Assembly (NCBI RefSeq): GCF_009914755.1
Contig: NC_060928.1
Source of the DNA: the human T2T-CHM13v2.0 reference genome, Homo sapiens
Length of the DNA stretch: 64,000 nt
Strand: one strand, 5' to 3'
Shown here: one piece after another, positions 17,483-35,214 of the stretch
Numbering within the stretch: position 1 is the first letter of the stretch
Layout of the letters: each line of letters begins with the position of its first letter
Position numbers and translations under genes: made by a program
The notes under the pieces: generated by a model
Database searches by the model: none
What the model was told of the DNA's origin: nothing
The model's input: the letters and a program-made list of their open reading frames with translations, nothing else

Positions 17483-20399
17483 TGCTTCCCTCCCTAAACA
17501 GAACTTCCAAAGCATGTGGCTAGGGAAAGCAATGCTGTTCTCCACGTCCCCCTGTATGCAGGTGTGCTGTGGACAGAGTAGGCTTATTTATTTTGAGCTA
17601 GAAACTGAAAATTATTCAGAGACCTGGCTTATCTTGCAGTCTATAAATTGGACCTCACCAGAAAAAGAAGAAAATACAAATTATATTAAGTATATAATTT
17701 GGTAAGTAGAGACAAATCAATTTAGCTTAAAAAGGTATTTACTTTATGGAATTATGACATCAATATTTTCAAATTACTTCAAATTGTTGGGAACAAAGAA
17801 AACATTATCTGACCTGTTTATCATTCAAGTGTCAGACAATTCATGAAAAAAAATGTATTGTTACAAAAGGAGATACAACACTGTTAAACAATAAAACATT
17901 ATTTTCTTGTATTATTGTTTTAAATTAAAAAATGTATTTTTTAACTCTACAAAAAGCATCATAATAAATTGTCGATTTGTTCAATAATAGTTAACAGTTA
18001 GTTAGGTCCTTAGCATTAAGAACCTAACTAGTAAAGCTCAAAACAGCTGTAACGTGTCTTGATGAATGGTATAAATTTTAAATGTTCTTGTTAATTTGAA
18101 TTTCTCATTTTACTAAATAATGCAAGAAAAAAATGAGCCATTGTAACTAGGACAATATTTGGATTACATTAGTCACTGATTCAATATATTGCCACAGTAG
18201 GCATTCAAAAATGATTTGAATCAATTTTAAATTCATACATATATGTTGGATAATATTATGAGCGAAGAATTGTACTAGATAGTATAGGGTACATAAAGAA
18301 GATGATACATTACATGTTATCAAGGAGCACATCCAAGCAGGTCATACACATTATATAAGCACTATGTGTTCTTTTTCAACCTTTCAGTGAATATATAGAC
18401 ATTCTTAGAGAACAAATATAAAATAAATTCCAAATAATTGAAGATGCACTGAGGGAGCCCTGATCCTCTATAGACAATTAGAAAACAATTTGCTTTTGAA
18501 CATAGGTGGAAATGAAGAGGGAAATCAGACTGAATAAAATATGCTTAAAACCTAAATTTAAAATCCATAGCTTAGAGAACAATAGACTTGATAATTGTTG
18601 AAACTTTCCATTTAAGTTATGCATTTTGTTCTCTTTTAAGCAGGCACCTGATTATTTTTTTCTACATGAAATATAGTTAATAATAGTTTGTAACATATGG
18701 ATAGATAATTCTACCAAATGATGATGACAATAGTAAGATTAACAGAATATTGCATGATTATTAAACAGTTCTAAATGCAAATTTGTTTTCTAGCTTGCTA
18801 CTATGGCAAAATGTCATATTTAACATTTTTAAATGGTGGAATACTTTACATTTTATATTTAACATAAATTTTATATTTAAATATAATATTTTATACATAT
18901 TTAATATTTTAAAGCAGTAGAATAATTCAAAAGGTATAATACATTATTTTAATCTTTCTTGTATTTTCATTTTTTATAGTGATTAGATTTGTGATAGTTT
19001 TTTTTAACTTTAAGACTGTAAGAATAAAGATTCAGAATCAATGGAAATGTCAGAAACTCATGGCAGTGTAGTTGACTATAGTGTTGTCAACATCTGCAGT
19101 TTAAATATGTTTTAATATAGAATTTCATCATTATTCTTTATGTATTGGAACACTATTATGTTATACACTACTATCACATGTTTTTTTTATTTATTCCAAA
19201 ATGTCCCATATCACACAGTTGATATAAAAACATTTGCCAGTTTTTTGAAAAAGAACTTCATTTCCAATATTGAACACAACAATACTAAAATGTGTCTCAT
19301 TTGAATGCAGTTCAAAGAAAGACATGATCATAACACCTGCGCATTTTGAAATGCATTGCACTCAGACTTCTTTATAATCTTTAAGGCACAAAAAAGTTAC
19401 TCTCACTGAGGATATTATTGGCATTAAAACATCTTTCTTTCTACCAGCACTATATATTTCAAAGTTGACTTTACTTCCAAAACATGACAAATTCACATCA
19501 CAAAGAAATAGTGAGTTTGAGATTAGTTATTAGAGTTTACTTTTTATAAGTATGATTGTATGAAAATAATAGAAAATCTCTCATTGGAGTCTGTAAATAT
19601 TGGCATAATTTTCCAAGTGCTTACTTGTTCCTATCAATATAACTAGATTTTCACAAGCTTGACTACAAACATGTTTGATTACTTGCAAATTTAGATATTA
19701 ATATTTGTTTGTGGTTTGAATGATGTAAATTTTTTTGCCATATATTCCCAAATATTTAAAATACTGGAATATTATTTAAACTGTCAAATGTTTCTTACAT
19801 CAAGATGATTAAATATTTTCATTATTTGTCAAGCTAAGTATTTCCATAACTTTTCAACAAGCTTTCAATAACCTTTCTCAGCTTATTATTACAACATTAA
19901 ATGTATCCAAAACTAAGTGAGAATGTACAAATTAAGGATTTTTTTAAAAAATACGTTTTAAAAGCTTTTCCAACGTCAATTCACTGAGACTATCAATTAG
20001 GAACTGACATTTACAAATATTTAGCTAATTTCAATCATTATTTTTGCTTTTAAATAATTTTCTTTTTTACATATAAAACATACCTTTCAACATTTCATGA
20101 AACAAGATTATAAAAAGAAGGAAGAATTGGTTATTCAGCCCTAGAATACAAATTAACACTGGTTACATATGATATTTCTCTTGAAATCTTAGGTGTTATT
20201 TTGATTTTGCCATCACAATTTACAAAAGGGAAAGTTTAAAATGCCAATAATAATGAAAATAAAATTTTCTGTTTTATTTATCAATTAATTTTGGACCTTG
20301 GAAGAAAAGATGGTAATATTTATTGAGATTCTTCCAAGACACTAATCTCTAAGACTGACTATTATTTTCTTTATATAAATTTATAGCTTCAAAATTGAC

Positions 20400-20880
20400 C
20401 ATTCTCATGAGATACACACTGCAACATTTAGCTACTTGATTGACATATCTCCTTGTTTAATTCATAGAGTTCTAAAGTTAGTATGTCAAAATCAGGATTC
20501 TTGATTTATTGCTGTCCAAATCTCCAGTCTTCACCATCTCTTTAAAAAGTACCACCATTTACTCACCATTTAATCAACCTTTGTATTATCCCATTCCTTG
20601 TCTTCTTTCCAATTTATAACTCATTTAATCCTATCATTTTCATACTTAAAAACTAGTTTAAGATATACTGTTGTCCTGCCTAACACTGGCAATAACTATA
20701 TATTTCATTTCATATTTACTCTGTCAAAAGACATTCCCTTCATGATATTCAGAATGATCTCTTTAAACCTTAATACATTCTAAGGCTTATATGGTTTCTC
20801 ATAGATTTCAGATAAAATCCCAATCCCTTAATGTGGCCCAGAATTCCCTGTATTCTATTATTCCTTTATCCATCTATTCT
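20400..20880 (+). mobile_element. L2 fragment
   Basis: tacttgattgacatatctcc...tatgtcaaaatc...gataaaatcccaatcccttaatgtggcc. Confidence 0.55.
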
Positions 20881-20899
20881 TATTTATTAGCAGTGATGC

Positions 20900-21420
20900 A
20901 TCGAGAAAAAAATTGCAGGAAGTGAAGGATGGAATTGGGAAATAAATAAGGAACTTATTACAATAATCATTGTGATAGAGAATGTTCACTTGGATCAAGC
21001 TGCTAATAATAGAGAGAATGAAAAGCTGTCACATTTTATTGTGTTTTGAAAGAAGTGACAACAAGATATTCTGGTTGATTGAAATAAGGAGAGAGTGAAA
21101 GAAAGGTACTGAGAATGACCCACAAATTTTGTCCTGAAAAGTAGGAAAAAATTGGTTTGCAATGTACCAATATAGACAAAAGTATAGAATAACCTGAATT
21201 GATGTGGTGCTTTAGAGATTAGGCATTTCTGTTAACACATAATTTGACAAGTTTATGACATCAAAACGAAGATGTCAAAAGACATTTGAACATATGTGTT
21301 AGTTCGACAAGAAATGTGTATTACAGACATAAAGTTGGGAGCTGCCTGCATAGAGATGGTGTTTAAAACTTGAGATGAGACGTACAAAGGAGTCAGTCAG
21401 TAGACAGAAAATGGACAAAG
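20900..21420 (-). mobile_element. L2 fragment, opposite orientation
   Basis: Purine-rich antisense L2 signature: gagaatgaccc...tgcatagagatggtgtttaaaac. Confidence 0.55.
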
Positions 21421-22249
21421 AGAAAGAAATACATCCTATTAGATGTAAGATCTAACCTATGGCCCCGAATATGTATCATTGTGTTTGGTAGAGCTAATAG
21501 AGCAAATAATTTATTTATTTAAATGATATAACATAATTTTTTATTAACTATATGAATAAAATATATTTTAATATATAAAATTATTGTACAAATTTTGGGA
21601 AAACAATGAATAAAGCTGTTTGTTTCTTATGCCCTGAATGCACTTTAAATAATTTAGAGATTTCCCACATCTGAGAAACACTATTTAGGGAACACTCGAA
21701 AATCCTTTTTCAATTTATTGAGGAGTTTTGATATATATCAAAGACAAAATGATACAAAATGTGTTTATTGTATTCTAGGAGAGGTGCGGAGGAACAGAGC
21801 AGAAAGGTAGCAAAGTCATTCTTCCTGGGAGCTTTTTCTCTGGGAACTCTTCTTACAGCTTCACTATAGTACAGCTTGACTATATTAGTCTAGAATTGTT
21901 TAGAATTTAGAATTTTCTTAATGGCTCTTCTTATGGACCAGATTATTATTAAGAGGTGTTTGTCTACCTTTAGTGATATTTCTCTTTTATCTTTCATATA
22001 ACTGGACTGAAAAGAAAGGTATGGAGCTGCCACTGTGTGGCGGTAATTACCCAGCTTTTGAAAGTAAGCAAAGTTGGTCATGGAAAGAAGGCACCTCATG
22101 GATAATTGTTCAAACACTTGTGCTTCCAAGTAATGACAACTGCTTACAATAAAAAAAAAAGATGTTTTGATTAATAGATAAAATAATATAAAACAAATTA
22201 TATTTAAAACTATTTCTATGTTATTTTGAAAACTTATACTATAAAATAT

Positions 22250-25356
<3,107 letters not shown>

Positions 25357-25784
25357 ACTGATCTGCAGTCTATGGGAAAGCAAAAATTATTGGGCCTAAT
25401 ACAAATGTTTAAATTGTGGATGTCAATTCTATATGAAGTGAAGGAAATTGGCATAGTCCATAAGCTTGCCAAGCTTGAGAAACAAGAATTACAGTCATGT
25501 ATCAAGAAAGCAGACTTTAGTCAGTCTCCAGTTTTCCCATTGGTTCCTGTATCCAGAACGACAAATTAAAAGTATAACAAAATCGGGTAGAAATAAAAAA
25601 CAATCACACAAAACAGGTATCATTGTGATAGCAAAGGTGTATTTCTGCCACATATATTCTGAGGCACTAAATTCCATTCACTTATTATTATTATTATTAT
25701 TTTGCTTTGGGTCCCAGTATTGGAGCAGTAGAACACTATATTGAAACTCCTTCTTAAAATGAAGATTGTGAATAGTATAGTCTA

Positions 25785-26240
25785 ATATTTTACTCGACTT
25801 ACAGGTTAGTAAGACAACCCATAACTACTTCATGGCTGCTAGCAGAAGACACTAGACTATGGGATAGAGACAAATGAATTTATTATTAATGAAAAAAGCA
25901 ATGGTCATGTCTTCATATTATTTGCATCAGTTTCCTTTATTCCAATTCAATTCCCAGTGAGGTTACTCAAAGGGGCCTATGAAAGAAGGCTCTATAGGCA
26001 GTAGGGTTTATTACAGGAAAGGAACAATGTACCTGGGGAACACACTGCTTTTACCATGAGCAGAACCAAGCCTGCTTTCTGTCCAGGCAAGACATAAATT
26101 TATTCCTTAAGATTGCTTATTGCAAATGCAGCTCTGAAAAATATCCAAGATAATGAACAGCCAGGGCCTTGCATTTTTGGAAGAGTTCACAACTTGCATG
26201 GAATCTCGGCCCATTGTGGATTGCTTCTGGACCCTTAGCA
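25785..26240 (-). mobile_element. ERVL-class LTR (MER73/74-group-like)
   Basis: agcagaagacactagactatgggatagagacaaatgaatttattatt motif; family assigned from memory. Confidence 0.4.
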
Positions 26241-27019
26241 GCTGTTGTTAGCCTTTCAGGTATAGCACCAACTCACGCTAGGAAAAATCAAAGATAGCCT
26301 GAAAGAAGTGTGGATGATAAAGACTCAGTTTGAATAAACATCATTACCACTGAGAGGAACAAAAGTGATTGTACACTCAAGCTAATTCACTATATAAAAG
26401 GAGGTCACAGGTATAACATCATATTCAAAGAGATGTCATTTGAATATGTCACAAGTTAAAAATCAAATTTACTCTATTTTATAATCTATTCTTTATGTTT
26501 CTGTATGTAGAAATCCATATTTCTAAAACATCATAAATCTTCCTCATATGCTCTATATTACTTTGTTACAAAAGTACTTTGGGAAATTTTTCATAGTTGT
26601 TGTCTGGGAATTAACTTGCACATAGCAGATCAAAACCTAAAATGCAATTTAGAAACACTTCAAAATGAATAATAGCTTTTTCATGTTGGAACGTAATATA
26701 GAAACACATTCAACCCAAGGTATTTTTTGTTATACTATAATGCTATCAATTGACAAAGATAACCAGTTCATTATTTTCAAAGCAACATTAAAATATTATG
26801 CAAAATCTAACATTCCATCTCCAGTACCCAGTTGTCAGAATCAGCTTTTAAAGAACAGTTTTTAATTTGACCTGCATGGAATATGCAAGCCTCTCTGCAC
26901 AAAAGTATAAAGTTCATCATAAGGTTTTCACACAAACAAGAAATGAGAAGCAGTGAGATTTTCTTTATTAACCTACTATATTTATATTTATTCCACATTG
27001 TGGCTCGTCATTTTACTTT

Positions 27020-29903
27020 ATTCATGGTGCCCTTTGTGGCACACAGTTTGTAATTTTGATATTATCCAATTTACTTATCTTTTCTTTCGTTGTTTGTGCT
27101 TTTGCTATCCTATTTAAGAATTTGTTTTTTAATTCAGGGTCATGAAGATGTATCCCTATGTTTTCTTCTAAGAGATTTACAGTTTTAGATATTACATTAA
27201 GTTTGTGACCCATTTGGAGTTAATTTTCACATACAGTATAAGATCCCAATGTTCTGCATTTTTTTTTTTTTTTTTTTTTTTTGCTTGTAGAGATCTAGTT
27301 GCCACAGCAGCATTTGTTGTAAACACACTTCCTTTCCCATGGAACTGTCATTACACTCTTGTGTGAATAAAATCATTTGACCTAGATGTATCAATTTATT
27401 TTTGGACTCTCAATTTTCTACCATTGGGCTATATGTCTATCCTTGTGCCAGTAAAACACTTTCTTGATTAAGGTGGTTTTGTAAATAAGTTTCGAAATGT
27501 GGAAGTATCACTCTTCTTACCTTTTTCTTTTTTTCATGGGATTGTTATGGCTTTCTAGTTCCTCTGAAATGCTACACAAATTCTAAAATCAGATCTTTAA
27601 TTTCTACAAAAATCCAGCTGGAATTCTGTTAGAAATAACATCTAATTTGTATATCAGTTTGGAAGTATAGTCATTTAATAATGCTAAGTTTTTTGACCCA
27701 TGAATATTTTTATTTATTTAGATATTCTTAATTTTTTGAATGTTTTATACCTTTTATAATATTAACTTTAACACTTTTTGTTAAAATTATTCTTTAGTAC
27801 AGCAGATCCTTGAATAACATTACTTTGTTTAGCATTACTTTGTTATAAGTTGAAGAGAAAACAAATTGATTTCTCGTAGAGGTGACTGTGTGGAATTTGC
27901 ATGTTCTCCCCATGCCTGCATGAGGTTTCTGAAGTTTCTCCAGTTTCCTCCCACATCCCAAAGATGTGGCATTAGGCTTATTGACATGTCTAAATTGTCC
28001 CAGAGTGAGTGAGTGTAAGATATATATAAGAGTGCACTCTGTGATTAAATGGCATCCTGCCCAATGTTGGTAATCAGTTGGTGCACTGAACTGCTGGGTT
28101 AGGCTCTGGCCCTTAGTGACCCTGAACTGAAATAAGTGGGTTGAAAAATGCATGCATGAATGAATACAAATTATTGTAATATAGAAGTGTGTAAAGTTTG
28201 TGAAAATTATACAAATACATGACAGTAAGTGATGTGATACCTAAGTGCTCAGCAAGACTGCCATGTTTGTTATTGTTTGTTTTTGACCTCCATGGTGTTA
28301 AGAGGTACTCCTTACAATTTTCACTTTGCAAACACTTATTCCTTAATTTAACTCACACCACTACGACCACCATCACCCACTAAGTGACCAAAAATTGAGT
28401 AAATAATTACTTGTTTCTATTAATCTTTCTTAACTGTAGGTATGGCTCACATTTATTGTAATGTTTAATATTAGAAGTGTTTTTATTCATTATTTAGAAT
28501 TTTGATGATGTTGCTGTGATCAGATATACACTGTATCATCTTACCTCTTGTTTACATTAATTTGCCTATGGTGAAATTGGTTTCATTTTATGTTTACTTA
28601 ATGTCACAGTTGCTACTAACCTATTGACTACATTAATTGTAGATTTATTGCATTTATTTTTATGCTACTGTGAGTGGAATTGTCTTCTAAACTTTATTTT
28701 TTGGATTATTCATTGCAAGCATATAAAAATACCATTGATTTTTGTGTACTTATTCTGTGTCCTGCAAACTTTTGTATGCATTTAAAGTTCTATAGCTCTT
28801 GGCAGATTTCTTAGAATTGTCTATATAAAAGTTAAAGTCATCCAAGTATAGCAATAGTTTTTCTTTTCCCCCTTGTCTCCTTTTATTTTATTTTTTCTTG
28901 CTTAATTGCCCTGGATAAAATCTCAAGTACAATGTTAAGAGAGAAGTCATCAAAGTAGACATCCTTGTCTTGTTCTTGATCTTAGAAAGCATCTGGTTTA
29001 CATCATTAAATAAAATATTAGCTGTTGGTTTTTCATAGATGCTCTTTATCAGATTGAGGAATTCTTTTATTGCTAGTTTGGGTCAGATTTTGTCAAATGC
29101 TTTTTCTCTGTCTACTGAGATAATTATGTAATTGTTTCTTATTATGTTGATGAGATATATTATATTAATTGATTTTCAGATGTTAGATAATCCTTGCATC
29201 CCTGGAATATATTATATTTGATCATGACATAATTATTGTTAGAAATTCTTTTACTTCTTTTGCTGGTATTTTGTTGAAGATTGTGTGTGTCTACTTGAAG
29301 TTCATTGAGCTTGCTGGATGTGTAGACTTATGTTTTAAGTAAATTTTAAAAGTTTGCAGTCATGTTTTTGAATAATTTTAATGCATCCTTTCTCTTTTCT
29401 CTCATGTTGGTACTCCCATTGCATGTATGTTGGTACAGTTAATGCTGTCCTACCTTTTTCTGAGGCTCTGCTTATTTTTCATTTTTTCTCTCAGTACATC
29501 AGCCTGCATAATCTCTATTGATCTTTGTTCAAGTTCACTAATTTTTTCCTAACAGTCCAAACTAACTGACTTAGTTTGAACTCAGTTATTATTCACTAAG
29601 TTCCTCTCAGTGAATATTTTTAAATTTCAGTTATTGTATCTTTCAACCCTAAGGTTTCCATTTAATTTTTTTAATATCTCTTTTGTATTGATATTTTATA
29701 TTTAATGTTACCTTATCATCATATCTTCATTTATTTCTTTAATCATACTTATCTTTAGTTATGTAAACATATTTATATGGTTACTTTGAAATCTAACATC
29801 TGGTTACTCCAACAAGTAGTTTCTGTTAAATGCTCTTATTTCATTGTGTGATCTTGCTTTCCTGTTTATTTGCATGTCTTGTAATTTCTTGTTGGAAATT
29901 TGG
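27020..29903 (-). mobile_element. L1MC/MD ORF2 fragments interrupted by MER6
   Basis: ORF 27022-27213 (-) reads LLEENIGIHLHD...KISKLDNIKI. The sequence on either side of MER6 rejoins as an L1M motif. Confidence 0.75.
27800..28650 (+). mobile_element. MER6 (TcMar-Tigger) DNA transposon
   Basis: TA|cagcagatccttgaataac; internal tgtgtggaatttgcatgttctccccatg...ttcctcccacatcccaaag; about 850 bp, ending gatttattg. Confidence 0.8.
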
Positions 29904-29905
29904 TA

Positions 29906-30246
29906 CAGGTTGAGTATTCCTAATCCAAAAATTCAAAATTCAAAATGCCCCAAAATTGGAACTTTTTCACTCCTACCATACCACTAGTGGAAAATAACAC
30001 ACCTGACCTTATGTGACAGGCCAGAGTAAAAACATAGTAAAAACCTTTTTTGTGTGGACAAAATTATTCAAAATTTTGTATACAATTATCTTCAGGCTAT
30101 GTGTATAAGACATATATAAAACATAAGTGAATTTTATGTTTAGACTTGGGTCCCATCCCCAAGATATCTCATTATGTATACTCAAATATTCCAAAATCCA
30201 AAACATTTTCCATCTTAAGTGTTTCAGATAAGAGATATTCAAACTG
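29906..30246 (+). mobile_element. Tigger4/Zombi (MER46-type) element
   Basis: TA-caggttgagtattcctaatc ... gataagagatattcaaactg-TA terminal inverted repeats with TA duplication. Confidence 0.85.
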
Positions 30247-31318
30247 TATTATAGATACTCTGGTTAAAGTTTTCCACCCTTCCCTGACCCCCTCATGCTT
30301 CTTATTGTTATTTGTTTATTATCTGACTGGCTGAATTATTTTAGTGAAGTTTATTCCTTGCTCTACTCTAGCCTTCACCCCACCCTCAGTGTTAAGCCTC
30401 TGATGTTTCTCCTCAGGGAGACATAGTTTTGTGGTGTCCATTGCCATTCTGTGATTACAGTGGTAGAGTTCTCTTTCTATCTTTCCTAACCACCATGCAG
30501 TTGTCAAGTTCCATCAGTTGTCAAGGGATTGCTTTACTGTTGTTAACAATGTCTGGGACATAAATTCCCCTACAAACTAATTCAATAAAATTTTAGCTTC
30601 TTTGAAGGATATTTTCTGAGGTTAGTCTTTTATATATTCTGAAATTAGCAGAGCTCTTTCCAGTTCTTATTCCTGGGTTCTTTCCTGTAAACTAGCTGGC
30701 TTAAATTATAGGCTGTATCTATTTTAGACCCGTGGATCTCTTCCCAAATGCCTATTACAGCAGCCTTCATAGTTGTTGAGAGAGATTTTAGGTTAAAATT
30801 TTCCTAAGCTCTTTTGCAAATGAAGTCAGTTTTTTTTTTTTTCATAAATGTTTAAGGGTTATCTATTTTGTGGCCTTTTTCTTCTCCTGCCCCAGGCAAA
30901 ATCTGATCTAGGGCTCTTGAGCTGGTGGCAGGGTATGTTTCTTCTGAGTAACCCTTCAACTCTAGGACCTGAGTAGAGGGCAGGGGCAGCCCCTTAGGCA
31001 ACTTTTGGCTTACTTCTCATGGAATAAAACCACCATCTCATAAGCTGGGCAAGGCCTATTTTAGTCCCAATATTCTCAGTGTGCCACATCTGAGGTAGAG
31101 CCTTCACTACAAGAATGAAGACGGCAGAAAAAGGAAACCTCCACATTTCCATCCCCTTGCCTCTGACAGCTTCAGCAACAGGAAGCTTAGAGTAGGATGA
31201 CAAATGGCTCAGGTTCTGCTCCTCAGGGGAAGAAAGCACTGTGGCTGGGAGCTGGGGTAAGAGGGAGCCCTGTGTTTCTGGCTGCAAGCAGTCTAGGATG
31301 GCATCTCTATCTTACTAA

Positions 31319-31681
<363 letters not shown>

Positions 31682-31869
31682 TACTGAATGTTTTATAGAC
31701 TGGCTTGATACCTGTTTCTTCATTTGCTTTTAACCCTTACGACCATTTCCAAAGGCTTTGAGTGTTTTAATGATTTTTTAACAATAATTTTTACTAATTT
31801 CACTGGAGAATTTAGCTCTTTATGTTGTCATGACAGAATAGCAGGTTGAGTTCTTATCACATTTTATTA

Positions 31870-32078
31870 CTCTGGCTTCCTCTTCTGCTTCCCTCTTTCA
31901 TTTCTAAGGACCCTCATCATTACATTGGGCCCACTTAGACAGGTCAAGATAATCTATATTTTAAAGTCTGACAATTAAACAATTATAATTCCTCTTTCAC
32001 ATGTAACATAATATATGTATAGATTCCAGAAATTAGAACATAAATTTCTTTGGGAAACCATTATTCTATCTACCAAAT
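31870..32078 (-). mobile_element. MLT1 LTR fragment
   Basis: aaggaccctcatcattacattgggcccac...ccattattctatctacca. Confidence 0.65.
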
Positions 32079-32274
32079 ACAGCCAATCGGGATAACACAT
32101 TTACTTATGCGGAATGAAAAGCATAGGAATGGGCATGAATCTCAAGTTGATCTTAATTCCTGAAATCCAGAAGTTTTCTATCAGATCAATGGAAAATTCT
32201 CATTTTTTAAATTACAAGCTTTAAGACCATAAAGTAAGCAATTGTAGGTGGCCATTTTTAACATTAAAAAATGG

Positions 32275-32574
32275 GGCTGGGTGCGGTGGCTCACGCCTGT
32301 AATCTCAACACTTTAGGAGGCCGAGGCGGTCCAATCACAAGGTCAGGAGATCGAGACCATCCTGGCTAACACGAAGAAACCCCGTCTCTACTAAAAATAT
32401 AAAAAAATTAGCCTGGCGTGGTGGTGGCACCTGTAGTCCCAGTTACTTGGGAGGCTGAGGCAGAGAATGGTGTGAACCCGGGAGGCAGAGCTTGCAGTGA
32501 GCCGAGATCGCGCCACTGCACTCCAGCCTGGGCGACAGAGAGAGACTCTGTCTCAAAAAAAAAAAAAAAAAAAA
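32275..32574 (+). mobile_element. AluY
   Basis: gagatcgagaccatcctggctaacac, gaatggtgtgaacccgggaggcagagcttgcag, A20 tail, TSD approximately aaaaaatg. Confidence 0.95.
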
Positions 32575-33207
32575 TGAAGTATTTCTGAAAATAAGGACAA
32601 TGGTAAGAAACGCCTAGCTAAGAAGTAATAAAAAGTGATAGGGTCTGGACAGTATTGTTTGAGTGCCTACTTCCAATCATCTGTGAAGTCACATTTATTC
32701 CTCAACTTTTCTTATAGGTTAGATATAAGCTGAAGTATTATACACACATTCTCACACAGAAACATATATGTGTCTATGCCTATGGATTGAACTAGTTTGA
32801 ATTGTGAGGGCTTTTTAAAAAAGCATGAAATACAAAGAAACCTAAGTAAATGAGCCAATTGTATTTTAATGACTTACAATTATATTGCTGGTCCTTTCTT
32901 AAAGGGAGAGGTATACACTTGAAGATATATTCTTCATTTGAATTAACTTTTTCATATGCTCTTTCCAACGTCATAATCTCTGAATTAATAGATTATCAAA
33001 GTATTCTGGCTTACTTATATGAAAAATCTATAATCATCCTTTCACATGTTTAATGTCAGTAATTTATTTGTGGTTGTTTTGTAAATTTTCCCAAATAGGC
33101 TAAGATTTAAATATACAAAATGAGGGGAGGATTAAGCAATGAATAAGAGACAGCAGATGTAGATACGACAGGTTTTAAACATATATTTATGAGTTTATAC
33201 TATAATG

Positions 33208-33759
33208 TGTTGATGAGTCAGGACTCATTACCCCAATATATGGCACCTTGGTATTTAAGGAAACAGAAGAAACAGGAAGGTTTCTCTCATTTCTTCTCCC
33301 CTTTTATGTCTTTTAATGTCTTCCCTAAAGCGGGACCTGAAAAATATCCTCTGACATTCCTGTGAGGTCATAAGACCTTCATTGAAGAAATACCCTTTCT
33401 ATACTCAGAAAAAAGGAATGTCCCTGTCTCTAAAAATACAGGAACACAGGAATAATTTGAGCAAAGAGGCCTTGATAAGTTCCCCCTCCCCAGTTTACTA
33501 CCATCAGATCATACACGTTTTGTGCAGTCATATATCTGCATGACTGTCTACTTCTTCGTCCGCTTCTTTCGGTGTAGGCTGAAAAATACAAGGTTTTCCT
33601 CTTTCCTTGGATCTTCATTTCTGAAGGCTCTTGTGCCATGTGAAATTTATATTAAATAAATTTGTATGCTTTCCTTTGTGAATCTGTCTTTTATTATAGG
33701 TGCCTCCGCCATGAACCTTGAGTGAGCTGAGGAAAATATATGACATTTTTGCCCCTACA
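33208..33759 (+). mobile_element. ERV1-class solo LTR (MER34/MER39-like)
   Basis: ccccaatatatggcaccttgg near the 5' end, AATAAA at about 33655, ends cccctaca, with atgtg on both flanks. Confidence 0.7.
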
Positions 33760-33767
33760 ATGTGTAG

Positions 33768-34020
33768 GAGAGGCAGGATGCTGGATTGTGGAAAAAAACT
33801 GCCTGTATTAAATTCTCAGCTGTGCATGTTAGCTGTAGGACTTTTGATATATTACTTAACTGAAACTAAAATATAAAATTATATTTTTTAAGCATGACAG
33901 AACAAGTAATGGCATCAGAAACATGCAGATGATAATATACTCATGACTCATAGTTATTATGAAAATATATATTATCTCCAAAGAATAGTATATGCCTGGA
34001 ATGTGGAAAGAGCTCATAAG
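33768..34020 (+). mobile_element. MIR interrupted by a 46-bp foreign insert
   Basis: aaattctcagctgtgc..ttagctgtaggactt..ttacttaac [insert] ..gataatatac..tcatagttattatgaaaat. Confidence 0.6.
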
Positions 34021-34029
34021 GACTGTAAG

Positions 34030-34098
34030 ACCATAAGAGTATGTCCTTAAATTTTGTGCCTCAGGTAGCTCACTTGCATCACACTAGTCTTGATTCTG
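34030..34098 (-). mobile_element. MER91-like (hAT-Tip100) fragment
   Basis: tccttaaattttgtgcctcaggtagctcacttgcatcacactagtcttgattctg. Confidence 0.5.
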
Positions 34099-34916
34099 GT
34101 GCTTAATCAAAGAAACTGAAATTAAAGACTAAATAAATAAGAATTAACTAACTCGAGAGCACTTTCTTAGAAAACAAGATAACACTACATAGGATACAGA
34201 TAATTTATGTTTTGACTGAAAAAGCTCTAGTTTTAACTCTGGGGAAGTTTTGATAGGAGTATATGAATTTGAATCTTGCCTAAGGTAAAGGCATTAGCAT
34301 CCAATAAATGATATACAAAGTTTGGAATTTTCCTGGAAAACACCAGAGTGAGTTTGTTTACTGATGGTTTCAATTGGCATAACCAGTAAGAATGGCTTAC
34401 TTACAAAACCCAGAAAGACGTAAAAATACCTACTGTGTACTTTTGCCTCAAGTTCTCAGTAAGCCAAGATTTCAGGTGAATCTTGACAAACACACTGTTT
34501 GGAGTTAAAGATTACCATAAAGGAGGAATAAAGGAATGCCCTTGAATTTAAACTATGTATGTAGTGATAGGACACATATGACCAACCTGCAATTGATACT
34601 GCCTGTACATCTGTAAGTATAATCATTACTGGGATACATGTATTATAGAAGAAAATTATTTAATTTTGTTGATATTTTTGACAGATATATGCCAATTGAA
34701 ATTCTCAGATTTTTTTGATGACACAACTTGCCATTATATTGAATAAAACAATATATGACCTGAACACTGAATCAAAAATTTAGGCTACAGGAATAAATCT
34801 AAGAAATTAAAGAAAACAAACAAAGCAAATTATTTCCTATTTATAACATATAGTTTTCCACAACACAATTATTTTTATTTTCTACCACTAATTCAATAAT
34901 AATAATAATAATAATT

Positions 34917-35214
34917 ATTATTATTATTATTATTATTATTATTTTGAGACAGAGTCTCACTCTGTTGCCCAGGCTGGAAGTGCAGTGGTGTGATCTTGGC
35001 TCACCGCAGCCTCTGTTTCATGGGTTCAAGCACTTTTCCTGCCTCAGCCTCCTGAGTAGCTGGGCTTACAGGCATGTGCCACCACACCCAGCTAATTTTT
35101 TTGTATTTTTAGTAGAGACGAGGTTTCTCCATGTTGGCCAGGCTGGTTTCGAACTCCTGCCGCCTCGGCCTCCCAAAGTGCTGGGATTACAGGCGTGAGT
35201 CACTGCGCCTGGCC
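34917..35214 (-). mobile_element. AluS with (ATT)n tail and an internal deletion of about 16 bp
   Basis: gaactcctg joins directly to ccgcctcggcc (acctcaggtgatcc missing); TSD tcaat(a/t)ataat. Confidence 0.95.

Noticed and set aside
20400-21420. Adjacent inverted L2 fragments as a long hairpin
   Set aside because: Too diverged to pair; ordinary ancient repeats.
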